Shown here one piece after another: positions 11,441 to 24,744 of a stretch of DNA of 64,000 bases. The notes beneath the pieces were generated by a model that made no database searches, had not been told where the DNA came from, and saw nothing but the letters and a program-made list of their open reading frames with translations. Position 1 is the stretch's first letter. Every line of letters starts with the position of its first letter. A program made the translations under genes and the position numbers. Origin of the DNA: Octopus vulgaris. Lineage: Eukaryota. The DNA lies in NCBI GenBank assembly GCA_951406725.2, contig OX597829.1, forward strand, positions 40,920,001 to 40,984,000, in the 5' to 3' direction.

Positions 11441-13000
11441 ACTACATGTCCACTTGATGGAATTTTTCTGTTTTTATTATTATTTATTTGCTATCGTCGT
11501 ACTGTTATACTTTTGCGCAGTAACAGCATGGTTGGTTGGATATAGGTTTCCAGACATCAACGTGTTGTCATGATGATCTCTTATTTTAAAAGTTTGTCCA
11601 ACTTTGATCTTCAACTGCCTTTGGTGAAATGTGACACAATGTTGTCTTTTGTAACAATGATATTGTTACTAACTTCTGTATTGGATTATTTTCCAAAGTC
11701 GTAGGTTATGTTTTTAATGACTTTACTCTTTTTACTTGTTTCAGTTATTTGACTGTGGCCATGCTGGAGCTCTACTTTTAGTCGAGCAAATCGATCCCAG
11801 GACTTATTCTTTCTAAGCCTAGTACTTATTCTATCGGTCTCTTTTGCCGAACCGCTAAGTTACGGGGACGTAAACACACCAGCATCGGTTGTCAAGCGAT
11901 GTTGGGAGGACAAACACAGACACACAAACACATACACACACATACATATATATATACATATATACGACGGGCTTCTTTCAGTTTCCATCTACCAAATCCA
12001 CTCACAAGGCTTTGGTCGGCCCGAGGCTATAGTAGAAGACGCCTGCCCAAGGTGCCACGTAGTGGGACTGAACCTGGAACCATGTGGTCGGTAAGCAAGC
12101 TACTTACCATACAGCCACTCCTACGCCTATTGTTGATTTTTTTCCAGAAATTTTTCTGTTTTTTATTTTATTGTCTTATATGAATTTTCTCTTTGTAGGG
12201 TTTTACAAATATGGTCAAACATTTCAGAATTTCAATGGTTAAATTCTGAAACAGACATCAAAACATTTTTCTGTTGTACTTTTATTCTCCTTAGATCTTG
12301 AAAGCTTACTTTTTGCTCTTACTATGCCATTTCTAATTAGACTTATTGGAAACGCTCTTTGAATAAATATTTTTCAGTTTGGCTATACATTGATCACATT
12401 TTGCTGGATATAATACTATTGTGAAAATTTGTTTTACTAGGTTTGTTCTTGTATGTTAATGATAACAAGATGTGAAAAAATGACATCTCTTTGAATCGTG
12501 GGTTTAGAGTAGTTGTGTGCTTCTATCTGCTCACCTATTTTCCTGATTAAAATATAAAAACAGCAATGGTTAAATTCCATTATGAATTTAAAATTACAAT
12601 TAATTGATGACTTTTCAACTATGGAGATTATCCTGTCTTAAAGTGAAGCTGTCAGTCATCTAGGTATATTTTCAATACATCTTTTAATTGTGTGTAAAAT
12701 GTGCTTTTAAATATTTGTAAAGATTCATCATAAATTGTCCTTTTGTGGTTGCCCATCACTTAATTGACTTAAGTGGGGGCTACTTTAATACCCTTCACAG
12801 TCCTTGACTTTAGGTAGAAAACGCTGAGTCATTGTTTTTCAATATGAACCTCGGTGTTCGGTCTAAAAACAAAAATGTTGATTTGTTCATGTTTGGCTTT
12901 AATTAATCCGCTCCTCTATTTTGAGTTTGGTTTATCGAATCGAATCTGCGTTGTATTGTAAATATTAATATTTTGTTCAAAGTAGTTCCTGGAATCAGTG
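11260..13000 (-). mobile_element. Decayed Penelope-like retroelement ORF (RT thumb to GIY-YIG end), split by a SINE
   Basis: Frameshifted segments HTRTNLVKQIFTIV..DQCIAKLK..FPISLIRNGIVRAK and FKVFPIYK resemble PLE thumb and GIY-YIG C-terminal motifs. Confidence 0.45.
11724..12128 (-). mobile_element. SINE family B
   Basis: Full-length copy with tRNA-like head and internal CA/TA microsatellite. Confidence 0.9.
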
Positions 13001-13023
13001 TGTTAAAATATTGGCTTGATATA

Positions 13024-13106
13024 CGAGGGGTGTTTGAGCCTCAAAAAAGACAAAAACAAAACATGGTACAAGACTTCAAGGCTCAAAACGTTTCATACAC
13101 CTCTCG
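13024..13106. mobile_element. 83-bp mariner-type MITE
   Basis: TA|CGAGGGGTGTTTGA...TCATACACCTCTCG|TA; termini resemble those of the mariner at 30917. Confidence 0.6.
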
Positions 13107-13499
13107 TATACCAATTTGAGTTTACCAGAATGCATTGATAAACAACTTTATCGTTTATCTGTGTATATTTATACATGCACACACGCGCATACACACACAC
13201 GCACACACATACACACACGAAGCCAAAAAATAACAGACAGCCACGGCTGAGAAATATAAATATGAAAGTTCCAGAAATATAAGATTTATTTTCCATGAGG
13301 AGTGTGCAGTGTAACATTTTCTGTCATGCCTTTCGCTCGGGAAGGGAAAAAGGAGGCAAAGGTGGGCGTGCTGTTACTTAAGCTGGACGAATATGAATGA
13401 GGAAGTAACAAAATATGAAGCAGTGTTATGGAAAATAAGAGGGATGACCTAGAAAGAGGGAAAGAGAGAGTGATGGGGAGAGAGTGAGAGAGGATTTCT

Positions 13500-14104
13500 T
13501 TATTCACCGTAAGGTTGAGACGAAACAAGGAGACGATACGAGGACAGACAAAACAAACATTAGGGTCAGGGTATCGAATGAGACGAAACGTATGAATAAA
13601 CAAACAATTAAAATATATACAATTAAATGAGAATGAGTGATTTACAAAAAATGAAGCGGAGGACGCGGTCGACCCCACAAACCACATACTCACACTGAAG
13701 ACTTTGCTTTCTCCTTTTTTACATTCTCGATTAAACAGGTTCTTTCACTCGCAACATACTTGCTATAGACTTCCATCTTTTACGAAACACACTTTGCGAC
13801 AGGCATTTCTTCTCCAGCCTTATTTTCCGTTTCATGTGGAAAGCGAAAAAGTCGATTAGCTCGAGACTGGAGATAAACATGCCTGTTGCAATTCCTTTTA
13901 CTCTCGTCTTCCACACTACTTCTTTCGCCACAGCAACTACCGAGAGAAAACAGGCTCGCTCCTCCCTATTCAGGAAGGTCGGCGGAACTATCTTAATTAC
14001 AGATTCGCTCGACAGTTGTACTCTTCTCGAATGCGACAGCAGGTGTTCGACATAAGCCCAAAGCTCAGTCACCTTGGGGCATTGCACAATCGCGTGCAGG
14101 ACAG
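13500..14104 (-). mobile_element. Tx1/L1-clade LINE 3' fragment
   Basis: LHAIVQCPKVTELWAYVEHLLS..AKEVVWKTR..FFAFHMKRKI, homologous to the ORF2 C-terminus at 38500-38750 and 22900-23200. Confidence 0.8.
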
Positions 14105-15001
14105 CATTAGAGTGATTGAATCAGGAACCAGAGATGCGAAGTGAACAAAGAAGCAGTAAGAAATTGATGAAGTTTGTAGGTGTTGACATATGTGGTTGCT
14201 TTAAGGATTGGAAAAAGACTGACATTTCAAACAGACTGCTTTCAGATGATGTGACCAAGTAATGCCAAGTCCATACGAAAGTGGTGAAGAGGTGTGAAGA
14301 GAGAATAGAAGAGGAGGTAATAACAGTCAAAAACTGAGAGGGGAAATCAGAAAGAGCGAATGTCTTACACAGAAACAAATAGAAACGAACTAAAGAGTTT
14401 AACTGGGAAGAAGAGCATGATAAACAGTGGAAACAAGAGACAGCGAGAGAGCAATCACTTCAAAGTATAACTATACACATATTCATCTCATGAAAATCTA
14501 TGTACAAAAACTGATTAGATTCTCTTCCCCACTAACATTCTGTCTATCGATCTAAAGTTTTCAACAAAATATGGCCGCCAACATCTTCCTCGCAACGATC
14601 GGCCAAACACAACCGACCAACACAATTGTTCCAGTTCTTCTCGAGTGTTCACACGTCTCCATTTTAATGGAGACAAGAATATATGCCAAAAGGTTCCTCA
14701 CACCAGTTGCTTATTCTTCTAAGTAGCTCGGCCTCTCCACTGACTGTTGCACTTGCCTATATTTTGGTTAAAATTACTCTTGCATATGCCAAACGAAGTT
14801 TTATCTTCAGCTTTGAAGTCTCTGCTCCACAGGCTATGAAGATACGCCTCAACTTCCTATGATTAAGCCCTCCTCATAAATTCCCTACTAAGATCCTCTT
14901 TGGTTTTATTATTTTAATGAAGTATATTCTATGCGAGTGCGTAAATAGCCACATAACGATGGGTGGGTATAATTTTGCTGTGTTTACGTCAGTATCTGTA
15001 T

Positions 15002-15067
<66 letters not shown>

Positions 15068-15291
15068 GTTCGTATATGAGCGTGTGTCAGTATGCATGTT
15101 TACGCATGTGTGTATTTATGTACGTCGGTATGTATGAGTGTATATATGTTTGCGTGTATATCATTTTAAAATGTTAGAGACTTTCTAAGGTTCCATCTAC
15201 GAGATTTTCTTCAGAAAATTTTGTGAGAAACACTTTGATTAAAAGTATTAGTACTTCTGTAAAAGCAAGAAATGAATTTTATATATATATA

Positions 15292-15444
15292 TTGGCTGTG
15301 TGGTAAATAGCTTGCTTACCAACCACATGGTTCCGGGTTCAGTCCCACTGTGTGGCACCTTGGGCAAGTGTTTTCTACTATAGCCTCGGGCCGACCAAAG
15401 CCTTGTGAGTGTATTTGGTAGACGGAAACTGAAAGAAGTCCGTC

Positions 15445-15534
<90 letters not shown>

Positions 15535-15755
15535 TTGTGTGCCTGTGTTTGTCCCTCCCCAACATCACTTGACAACCGATGCTGGTGTGTTTACGTCCCC
15601 GTAACTTAGCGGTTCGGCAAAAGAGACCGATAGAATAAGTACTAGGCTTACAAAGAATAAGTCCTGCTGGTCGATTTGCTCGACTAAAGGCGGTGAATCA
15701 GCATTGCCACAGTCAAATGACTGAAACAAGTAAAAAAAAAAAGAGAGTAAAAGAG
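15292..15755 (+). mobile_element. SINE family B
   Basis: TGGCTGTGTGG A box, GGTTCAGTCCC B box, TTGGGCAAGTG core, internal (TA)n(TG)n. Confidence 0.9.
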
Positions 15756-16300
15756 TATATATGTATATAAAGTTCAATTTTATATATATATATATATATA
15801 TATTAATAAATAAAACATATGCATATATATGTACATATATGTACATACCTACCTCTACATGTATATATACACGCATATATGAGTACAGGACACCAAAAAA
15901 ACGTCGAACACAATGAGAAACGAAAACATAGACACAAACACAAGGAACTGGACATTTTTCTTAAACAACAAAAAAAGAGTACAGGACAAATAACACAAGG
16001 AAAAAACCCCTTCTTCAGTCGCCATGGTTTCATCTACTCTACGTTTCGAAGGTGAAGGCGAGACGTATCTTCGATAAGAAACTTTCCTTCCTGCGAAAAG
16101 CAAATCAAATAAAATTTGAGATCTTTTTGCAGAGGGTTAAAATGGTAACAAAACCAGGACAGTAACAACAGTACAAAATATAAGCAGTAAAAGACAGGAC
16201 AAGGAAAATAACAAGACAAGAAGGGCTGTTAAGCCGAACGAAAAAAAGTATAACGAACGCTAAATTCTGTGAACGGCGAAATATATATATATATATATAT

Positions 16301-16960
16301 TTAGCAATTAAGGAAGCACATGGGTGAGTTTACATATATTACATCCTGTCAAATGGCAAACTTTTACGAATTGCATTTCGGGAGAGGAAAAGTTTTTTCG
16401 GAATAAAAATTTAGCAATTAAGGACAACTACTTAATAAGGAAAACTTAACAAGAAATTGTCAGGTAGATAGCGTAAGAACCTCATAAGAGAAAAAATTTC
16501 GAAAATAATTATTTCTTATTGAACATATTAATTTATATATAGAGGGCATTATATACATGCCAGAAGGCATTATACATACATGCCAAACGCTAAGAGGGAC
16601 AATTAGTCATTTCTACCAAAAATATTACTAATCCCACCGAATGCAATTTTTCAAAGTAAGACATTTAAAAAATATATAGACCTGTATCACAGTGATTTCA
16701 TACTTACGTACTCATCAGCAGGCCTGAATGCATTATAAATAAACAACGACCCTGCCCCGCTTAAGTCGATCAGCTAACTGTTCAACATTCAACGAAGCAC
16801 ATGGGTGAGTTTACATATATTACATCCTGTCAAATGGCAAACTTTTACGAATTGCATTTCGGGAGAGGAAAAGTTTTTTTCGGAATAAAAATTTAGCAAT
16901 TAAGGACAACTACTTAATAAGGAAAACTTAACAAGAAATTGTCAGGTAGATAGCGTAAGA
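16301..16960 (-). mobile_element. Partially tandem (1.35 x 481 bp) non-coding hammerhead-bearing element (retrozyme / Penelope pLTR-like)
   Basis: 166-bp direct repeat 16313-16478 / 16794-16960; hammerhead at 16678-16725; flanked by (TA)n and (GATA)n. Confidence 0.7.
16678..16725 (-). ncRNA. Type I hammerhead ribozyme
   Basis: AGGCCUG-CUGAUGA-GUAC(GUAA)GUAU-GAAA-UCACUGUGA-UA-CAGGUCU: 7-bp stem I, intact core, GNRA-capped stem II, near-palindromic stem III, AUA cleavage triplet. Confidence 0.8.
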
Positions 16961-17015
16961 GATAGATAGATAGATAGATAGATAGATAGGCAGAAAGACA
17001 GACAGACAGACAGAC

Positions 17016-17090
<75 letters not shown>

Positions 17091-17095
17091 AAGAA

Positions 17096-17253
<158 letters not shown>

Positions 17254-17469
17254 TTGGGAGTTAAATCTAGGTAGATAAAAAGGAAGTCTCAGAAGAGGAC
17301 CGAAGAACATATAGTACTTTTGTCTTAATACATGATGTAAATAGGTCCAGAGAATATAAAGCAAAGTTAACAATGGGAAATTGGTATATCAATTATTTAT
17401 CTATTTATTTTTATATCTCTAAAATCCATAAAATATAGACATTAATAAATAGATAAAATAATTAGACAC

Positions 17470-18210
17470 ATATTCTTTTTTGGGTTTGGTTTGCAAGATT
17501 CTTTATATGAGTTCGTGTGTTGAAGCATATTCTGTTACTCTTTTACTCTTTTACTTGTTTCAGTCATTTGACTGCGGCCATGCTGGAGCACCGCCTTTAA
17601 TCGCGCAACTCGACCCCGGGACTTATTCTTTTGTAAGCCCAGTACTTATTCTATCGGTCTCTTTTGCCGAACCGCTAAGTAACGGGGACATAAACACACC
17701 AGCATCGGTTATCAAGCAATGTGAGGGGGACAAACACAGACACACAAACACACACATGCATAGATATATATATACATATATACGACGGGCTTCTTTTCAG
17801 TTTCCGTCTACCAAATACACTCACAAGGCTTTGGTCGGCCCGAGGCTATAGTAGAAGACACTTAGCCAAGGTGCCACGCAGTGGGACTAAACCTGGAACC
17901 ATGTGGTTCGTAAGCAAGCTACTTACCAGTAGCTGTTGTGTCTGGGGAGAGTAATTTTCTTTTTGTGCCTTATTATGTAACACACTCGCCGGTAAAATTT
18001 CCACTTTTTTCTTATTTTTATTGCCCTAAAATTTTCGTTGCGTCTTGCAACCTTTTCAACAGTTTTGACTCCTTTTCAATAGTATTGAAAAGTTTGCAAA
18101 ACGCAGCGAAAATTTTAGGACAATAAAAATAAGAAAAAAGTGGAAATTTTACCGGTGAGTGTGTTACATAATAAGGCAGAAAAAGAAAATGACTCTCCCC
18201 AGATACAATC
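17470..18210 (+). repeat. Interspersed repeat (same family as 2965-3170) with a ~135-bp inverted duplication and a nested SINE B
   Basis: 17935-18070 is the reverse complement of ~18075-18208. Confidence 0.7.
17536..17928 (-). mobile_element. SINE family B
   Basis: Homology to family B, slightly 5'-truncated. Confidence 0.9.
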
Positions 18211-18299
18211 GAACACATGTTTCAGCTGATTTATCAAGAGCATATCCATTTATAATTATATAATTATATAATTAAATAATTAATCAATACAATCTATTT

Positions 18300-18969
18300 A
18301 GTAAAACAGCTTCATCAGAGAATTTAAGAGAAAGTTCCAGTCGTGAGATAACCACACCATTATCCTTCTCTTCTCTACTTTTGCTCAACCCCACCTTGAA
18401 TATTCTCGCCCACTGTGGTCTGCCCACACGAGACAAAGTATCATGAAAATTGAAGCACCTCAAGATCAATTCCAAAAAAAAAAAAATAGAAAGCATGACA
18501 GGCCTTGGCTTTTGGGGTCAACTAGAAAAGCTCAATCTTTATTTTCTCCAACGCCGCCATGAGCGCTACATCATCTGCATGATGTGGAAAATATTCCATC
18601 AGCATTGCCTCAGTGATGTTGGTATTACCTATAAGATACACCCGTGCTATCCGCTCTCAACATAAATCATACACGCATCACATAACAATACGGCACAATT
18701 ATTTCACCTCAATTGGCCCCGCTCTCCTTAACATTACGCCAAAACACATTAAAGCAGAAACAAACCCCATAAAGTTCAAGAAGTCATTGCACAAATTCCT
18801 TTTAAAAAATTCCAGACAAACATTCTAGGCCCGGTCTTCATAAACAATAAGTCTCTCCTCGAGTGGGCCATGTTGTCCGATTTCTAATTTGAATGACTTT
18901 GCCAGGCGGTGCTTTTAAGTTAGACATGGCCTTAGCCGATACTGGCCAAAACCTATCAAAGTATCAAAG

Positions 18970-18972
<3 letters not shown>
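18300..18972 (+). mobile_element. CR1-group LINE 3' fragment
   Basis: KKIESMTGL.FW.QLEKLNLYFLQRRHERY..MWKI and FKKSLHKFL; ends in an ATCAAAGT-repeat tail. Confidence 0.75.
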
Positions 18973-18974
<2 letters not shown>

Positions 18975-19015
<41 letters not shown>

Positions 19016-19035
19016 CATACATACATACACACACA

Positions 19036-19073
<38 letters not shown>

Positions 19074-20820
19074 CATAAACACACACACATACACATACAC
19101 ATACATACGCACACACACATATACTTACACACATGCACACACACACATACATACATACATACACCCACACACATACACACTCACATACTTACATACTCCT
19201 ATACGCACATACATACACACAGACATACACACATACACACTCACACATACATACACACACACATACTTACACACACACTCGCCTGCACGCGCACACACAT
19301 GCATGACAAACACCCATACACTCACACTCACATACACACACACCAACATATACACGCACACGCACACATACACGCACACACACACCTACACTCCCACACA
19401 CATACATACGCACCTACATACACACACACACGCATACACACGCACACACACGCATACATACATATATTACACACGTACACACACACTACACACACACACA
19501 CACACACGGACACACCCATACATACATACATACATACACCTATACACACACGCCCACACACCTACATACACACACATGCATACACACATACGGACACACC
19601 CATACATACTTACATACATACACCTATACACACACGCCTACACACCTACATACACACACATGCATACACACACACACATGTACGCACATACACACACATA
19701 TACGCACATACATATATACCTACACACATGCACACACACACACACACACATACGCACATGCATACGCATACATGCATACATGCATACACACACACACGCA
19801 CGTACACATACATACACACACACATACATACACCCATACACATACATGCATCCTACACACACAGACATACACACTCACACATACATACACACACACTCAC
19901 TCACACACCTGCATGTACGCGCACACACATGCACATACACACACTTCCACACACACACACGTACATACATACACACTCATACACATACACACACACACAC
20001 ACGGACATACATCTATATACACACATATACACACACATACTTACATACATTCATCGGACACACTGACACCCAGACTTACACACAGACACACTCACACATC
20101 CACACACATACATACTTACACACACACTCGCAGGCGCGCGCACATACATGCTTGTGCACGTTCGCGCACGCATACACGCATGCATGCACCACGCTCGTGG
20201 GTGACCGACTAGATCTCCTGTACGTATCTGGGGCCGGCGCGTGTCTTTGGGTTCTCCCACGCCTGTCGCGGCGGGACTACTCTTCCATCTTCCCTTCCCC
20301 CCCTCCGCTGCAGTTTTTTTCCTTAACCCCCCCTCTTTGTACACAGACGCACACACATACACACACCCACTCACACACACACATTTGCATATATATATAC
20401 ATTACACTTACACACACTTCAAATTTACTTGCCATACACACAACTACGCACACTGGACACACTACCACTCAACACACACACTGGCACGTTACATACGCCC
20501 CCACCCTTTCCCTCCTTCCCTTCTTCCCTCCTTCCACGCTTTTTTTACCACTGACCACTCACTCGAGACTTGCTATGCCCTGCACGCACTAACATATACA
20601 TATTTTTTGTTTTTTTATCTCGCCTCACACACACATACACACACGCACACGCACACACTCACACATACATACACACGCACACACACATACCTCCCTGTTT
20701 CTGATCTGCCTTTCTGACTTGCTAGGGTACCCCCACACACTCCTTTAATTCTACTACTGCCTGCTACTAGCCACTGTCCACCATACACACACATACACAC
20801 ACACGCACACACTCACACAC
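18975..20820. repeat. Long complex CA/CATA-rich low-complexity tract
   Basis: Degenerate (CA)n/(CATA)n with an ~84-bp internal duplication (19507/19591). Confidence 0.9.
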
Positions 20821-21130
20821 ACACCCTCGTTTTCTCGCACACCTTTTTTACCATTCCCTCTTTGATTCAGCTCTCCTGTTTTTAAAAAACATTTTCCTCC
20901 TTTTTTACCACTTCCGTCTTTTCAGTATGTGACCTCGTGAAGACTACCTGCAATTTTTTTTTCCTCTGTCCTCCCGTCTCGGGATCTTTCTTTCTCCTAT
21001 GTTTCCGACGAAGAGCTCCGCTCGAAACGTCATACCCTCCTTCTTCCATTTTCCTGAGCGCCTAATAATAATAATACTGTAATTGTTCCATGTGTTGTTG
21101 TTTTTTCTGTTTTCCCGTTTGGATTAACCT
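20820..21130 (+). mobile_element. Penelope-like pLTR fragment, family H2, with variant hammerhead at 21001-21035
   Basis: Homologous to 49635-49840(-); GTTT-CCGACGA-A-GAGC(TCC)GCTC-GAAA-CG-TC-ATAC. Confidence 0.6.
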
Positions 21131-21179
21131 ATATATATATATATGTATGTATGTATGTACGTACGTACATATGTATGTA

Positions 21180-21242
<63 letters not shown>

Positions 21243-21331
21243 ACATGTTTAATATATATATGTATATGTACGCTGATAGACAAACAGCCAGACTGAAAAA
21301 CATAAACAGACAGACAGATAGATAGATAGAC

Positions 21332-21419
<88 letters not shown>

Positions 21420-21833
21420 TAGGGTTCATCAAGTGGTTTTTCGAGATATCGTTGTAGAAGCAAATGTATATAAAACATTCAATGACCTTTTTTGGAAAGT
21501 TTCGTCGGTTCTATTTACACAAACCACACCTTGTAGTTAGTAAACACGATGAATCATTAACTGGAAGTCACCGGGTTTCTTCTTGTCTCTTTCTTTTTGT
21601 TTTTGTTTTTGATTTTGTTGTTTGTTTTTTTTTGTTTTGTTTTGTTTTGTTTTGTTTTGTTTTTACGTAGTTTAAAAACCTTTCTGTCTCAAGAGTCGGC
21701 AGTAAAAAAACTCATCGTCAAAGAATTCAAAAGAAACCCCATGACTGAGTTCATTTCTAAAATACTCACCAAAATACAAACATGCATGCATATACACGTT
21801 ATATACGTATACATACATACATACGTATGTATG

Positions 21834-21864
<31 letters not shown>

Positions 21865-22135
21865 GTATGTATGTATGTATGTATGTATGTATGCATGTAT
21901 GTATGTATGTATGTATGTATGTATGCATGTATGTATGTATGTATGTATGTATGTATGCATGTATGTATGTATGTATGTATGCATGTATGTATGTATGTAT
22001 GTATGTATGTATGTATGCATGTATGTATGTATGTATGTATCTTATACATTTATGCATTTACATATACATTTATGAATACATGCTTACGTTCTTACGTGCA
22101 TGCATACATACCTGTCTATCTATCTAACTTTCTAA

Positions 22136-22191
<56 letters not shown>

Positions 22192-22293
22192 GCATACATA
22201 CATGCATACATACACATACATACATATATGCGACTTGTTACATAAACATACATACTCCTGACAATATAAAGTAGTTTCGCTGATGTAAATATG

Positions 22294-22372
<79 letters not shown>

Positions 22373-22429
22373 GTAGCTGAAAGCTAATAAACCAGTTCAT
22401 TTGGAAATGACGTAATGATAATAATAATA

Positions 22430-22492
<63 letters not shown>

Positions 22493-22722
22493 ATGATGAT
22501 GATGATGATGATTATGATGATGATGATCATGATCATGATGATAATGATCATGATGATGATGATCATGATGATCATGATGATCATGATGGTGATGGTGATG
22601 TTGATGGTGATGATGATGGTGATGTTGATGATCATGATGATTTCTTTAACCAGAAGGGTTTACATTCAGAAAAAATATGGGCAGTACAGGAAAAAAACAA
22701 AGAATGTGTATGTGTGAGTATA

Positions 22723-22762
<40 letters not shown>

Positions 22763-23715
22763 AGGGTTTTGCGTGTAAACAAGACTAACAATTTTTTTTT
22801 AAGCATCAACAATGAGTGATCCTCGCACCGTTCTCACCACTCCCCATCCACCTTTCAGCAAACTGGCTAGAAGACAACAATTCCCTCTCAACCCTTATTT
22901 TTTCTTTCCGAGCGAGCGAAAATTGAAGAAGTTGATCAGGGATTGGACAAAGAGAAAAAAGTGTTTGTCTTCAGTCCCTTCGATCTCGTCTACCAGGCAT
23001 ATAAACACCGCCTTTCCATCCCGGTGAAAGGAAAGCGGCGGGGCGACCTTCACGGTGGATTCAGTTAACAGCCGGATGGATCCGTCCCACACGCGCTAGC
23101 AGTATTCGACATAAGCCCACAGGTCAGGCAATGCTCGGGCACTGGGACGCATCTCGGGCATGCTCGGCTGACGGCACTTCCGTGCCTGCAAAGTTTATCT
23201 CGAGCAGGCAAACCTCTGTCACCCCAGAGATTTTTGGAAATTATCCATCGGTCCCCGGCCGCAAGTACTCCGGAAAAGAGCGGCTAGTCGGTCTTCGAGG
23301 CCCAATATCTCCCCAAGAACGTCGTCGCACTTTTCCTCCGCTAATCCTCTATAAAAAGCTGAAGTGGACGTTCCGCCTATTGCAGTGCTCGATTGGCTGA
23401 GAGCTGCGAGCGCTTGAAGACATTCCACTTTCTAAATGCTTCCCTTAGGTGTCTCTGTTTTACCCAGGACTGCAGCTCCGTTAAAGAAGCCAACAGCGGA
23501 AATATGTGTCTGGCGAACGGCGACCACAGCTGTTCACCGCCAAGGAAGCACCGGAGAAGCCGTAACCTCAACGCATTTCTGCGCATCGTCAACCACGGCA
23601 TGCCCAGGCCACCACTCAGCAGATGTTGACAGCAGATAGACCGCCTGACCATCGGAACGCGTTCCTTCCACATGAAGCGGAAGAATATATACTCCAGCGC
23701 ACTAGCGTAGCTAGA
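22723..23715 (-). mobile_element. Tx1/L1-clade LINE 3' fragment with (AAC)n tail
   Basis: [27 protein letters not shown] is near-identical to ORF2 at 38680-39477; the 3' UTR runs into (AAC)n at 22723-22762. Confidence 0.85.
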
Positions 23716-23757
23716 GGGTGTGCCACCCTCTATATTGAGGGTTGTTTAAGGATATTG

Positions 23758-23880
<123 letters not shown>

Positions 23881-24168
23881 CTGTATGTGTGTGTATGTAT
23901 AATTCAAAATACACAAAGATGTTACTTCCTTCGTCCTTGCCTTTTCTTAAATAAATTCTTAAACGGAAACACTACTTTGCTAGGCATAGGTCGTCTGTAG
24001 TTTCTTCTTTCCTTTGAACTAACTCATGTCTGGGGTCCCCTTAATATTCACAAGTTTTGCAAAAGATGAAGTATTAATATTTAATTTCCATTGTTTTGTT
24101 TCCTCATTTCAGCGCTAATCTATTTTGGTACATTTAATTAAAAGTTAGACGGCTAACGTTCGTGCCTG

Positions 24169-24287
<119 letters not shown>

Positions 24288-24744
24288 TTGTTAAGTGCAG
24301 ACTTGAGAAATTTCAACAGGCGTTCCAAATCTTTTCGTTTATGCGCCACTCATAGTAAATTATACATCTTCCTATAAGTATTTATGCTAACATTCTGGAA
24401 AGAACTGGGGTAACGGTTCCTTTAGTCTAACGCATTCTCATTTGAATCAATTTTAGTGAGTGTAAAGAATTACAAATGGCCATCTGGTGTGAAAATATAC
24501 AGTCGAAGAAAAATATCGCGACAAACCGTTTTTCCACCCCGAGAAAAACTGCGTAGAGGTTAAATAATATAAGCAGCTCTTTTGGCAGTATTCCAGTATA
24601 TAAAAAAGAAACAAATAAAAATGGTTATTCGTCAATAAAACGTAAAATCGATTCGACAAGAGTTCTGTGAAACGAAGCACTCACATCAAACAACTACGAC
24701 AACAATAACAGCAGCAACGGCAGCAACCGTAGCAACAACAACAA

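Noticed and set aside
14520-14900. Possible host exon in unique, moderately GC-rich sequence (also 50480-50700 and 44200-45200)
   Set aside because: No open frame with a recognisable motif or convincing splice signals; likely old repeat debris, and unresolved without RNA-seq.
16030-16085. Possible hammerhead (GAAG..CTTC-GAAA-CG-TA on the - strand)
   Set aside because: The 5' core is too degenerate to call.
19299-20592. Long His/Thr-rich ORFs (255 and 429 aa) and all similar YI/CV/MYVC/poly-amino-acid ORFs
   Set aside because: They are translations of CA/TA/TATG/GATA/trinucleotide microsatellites, which lack stop codons; there is no coding signal.
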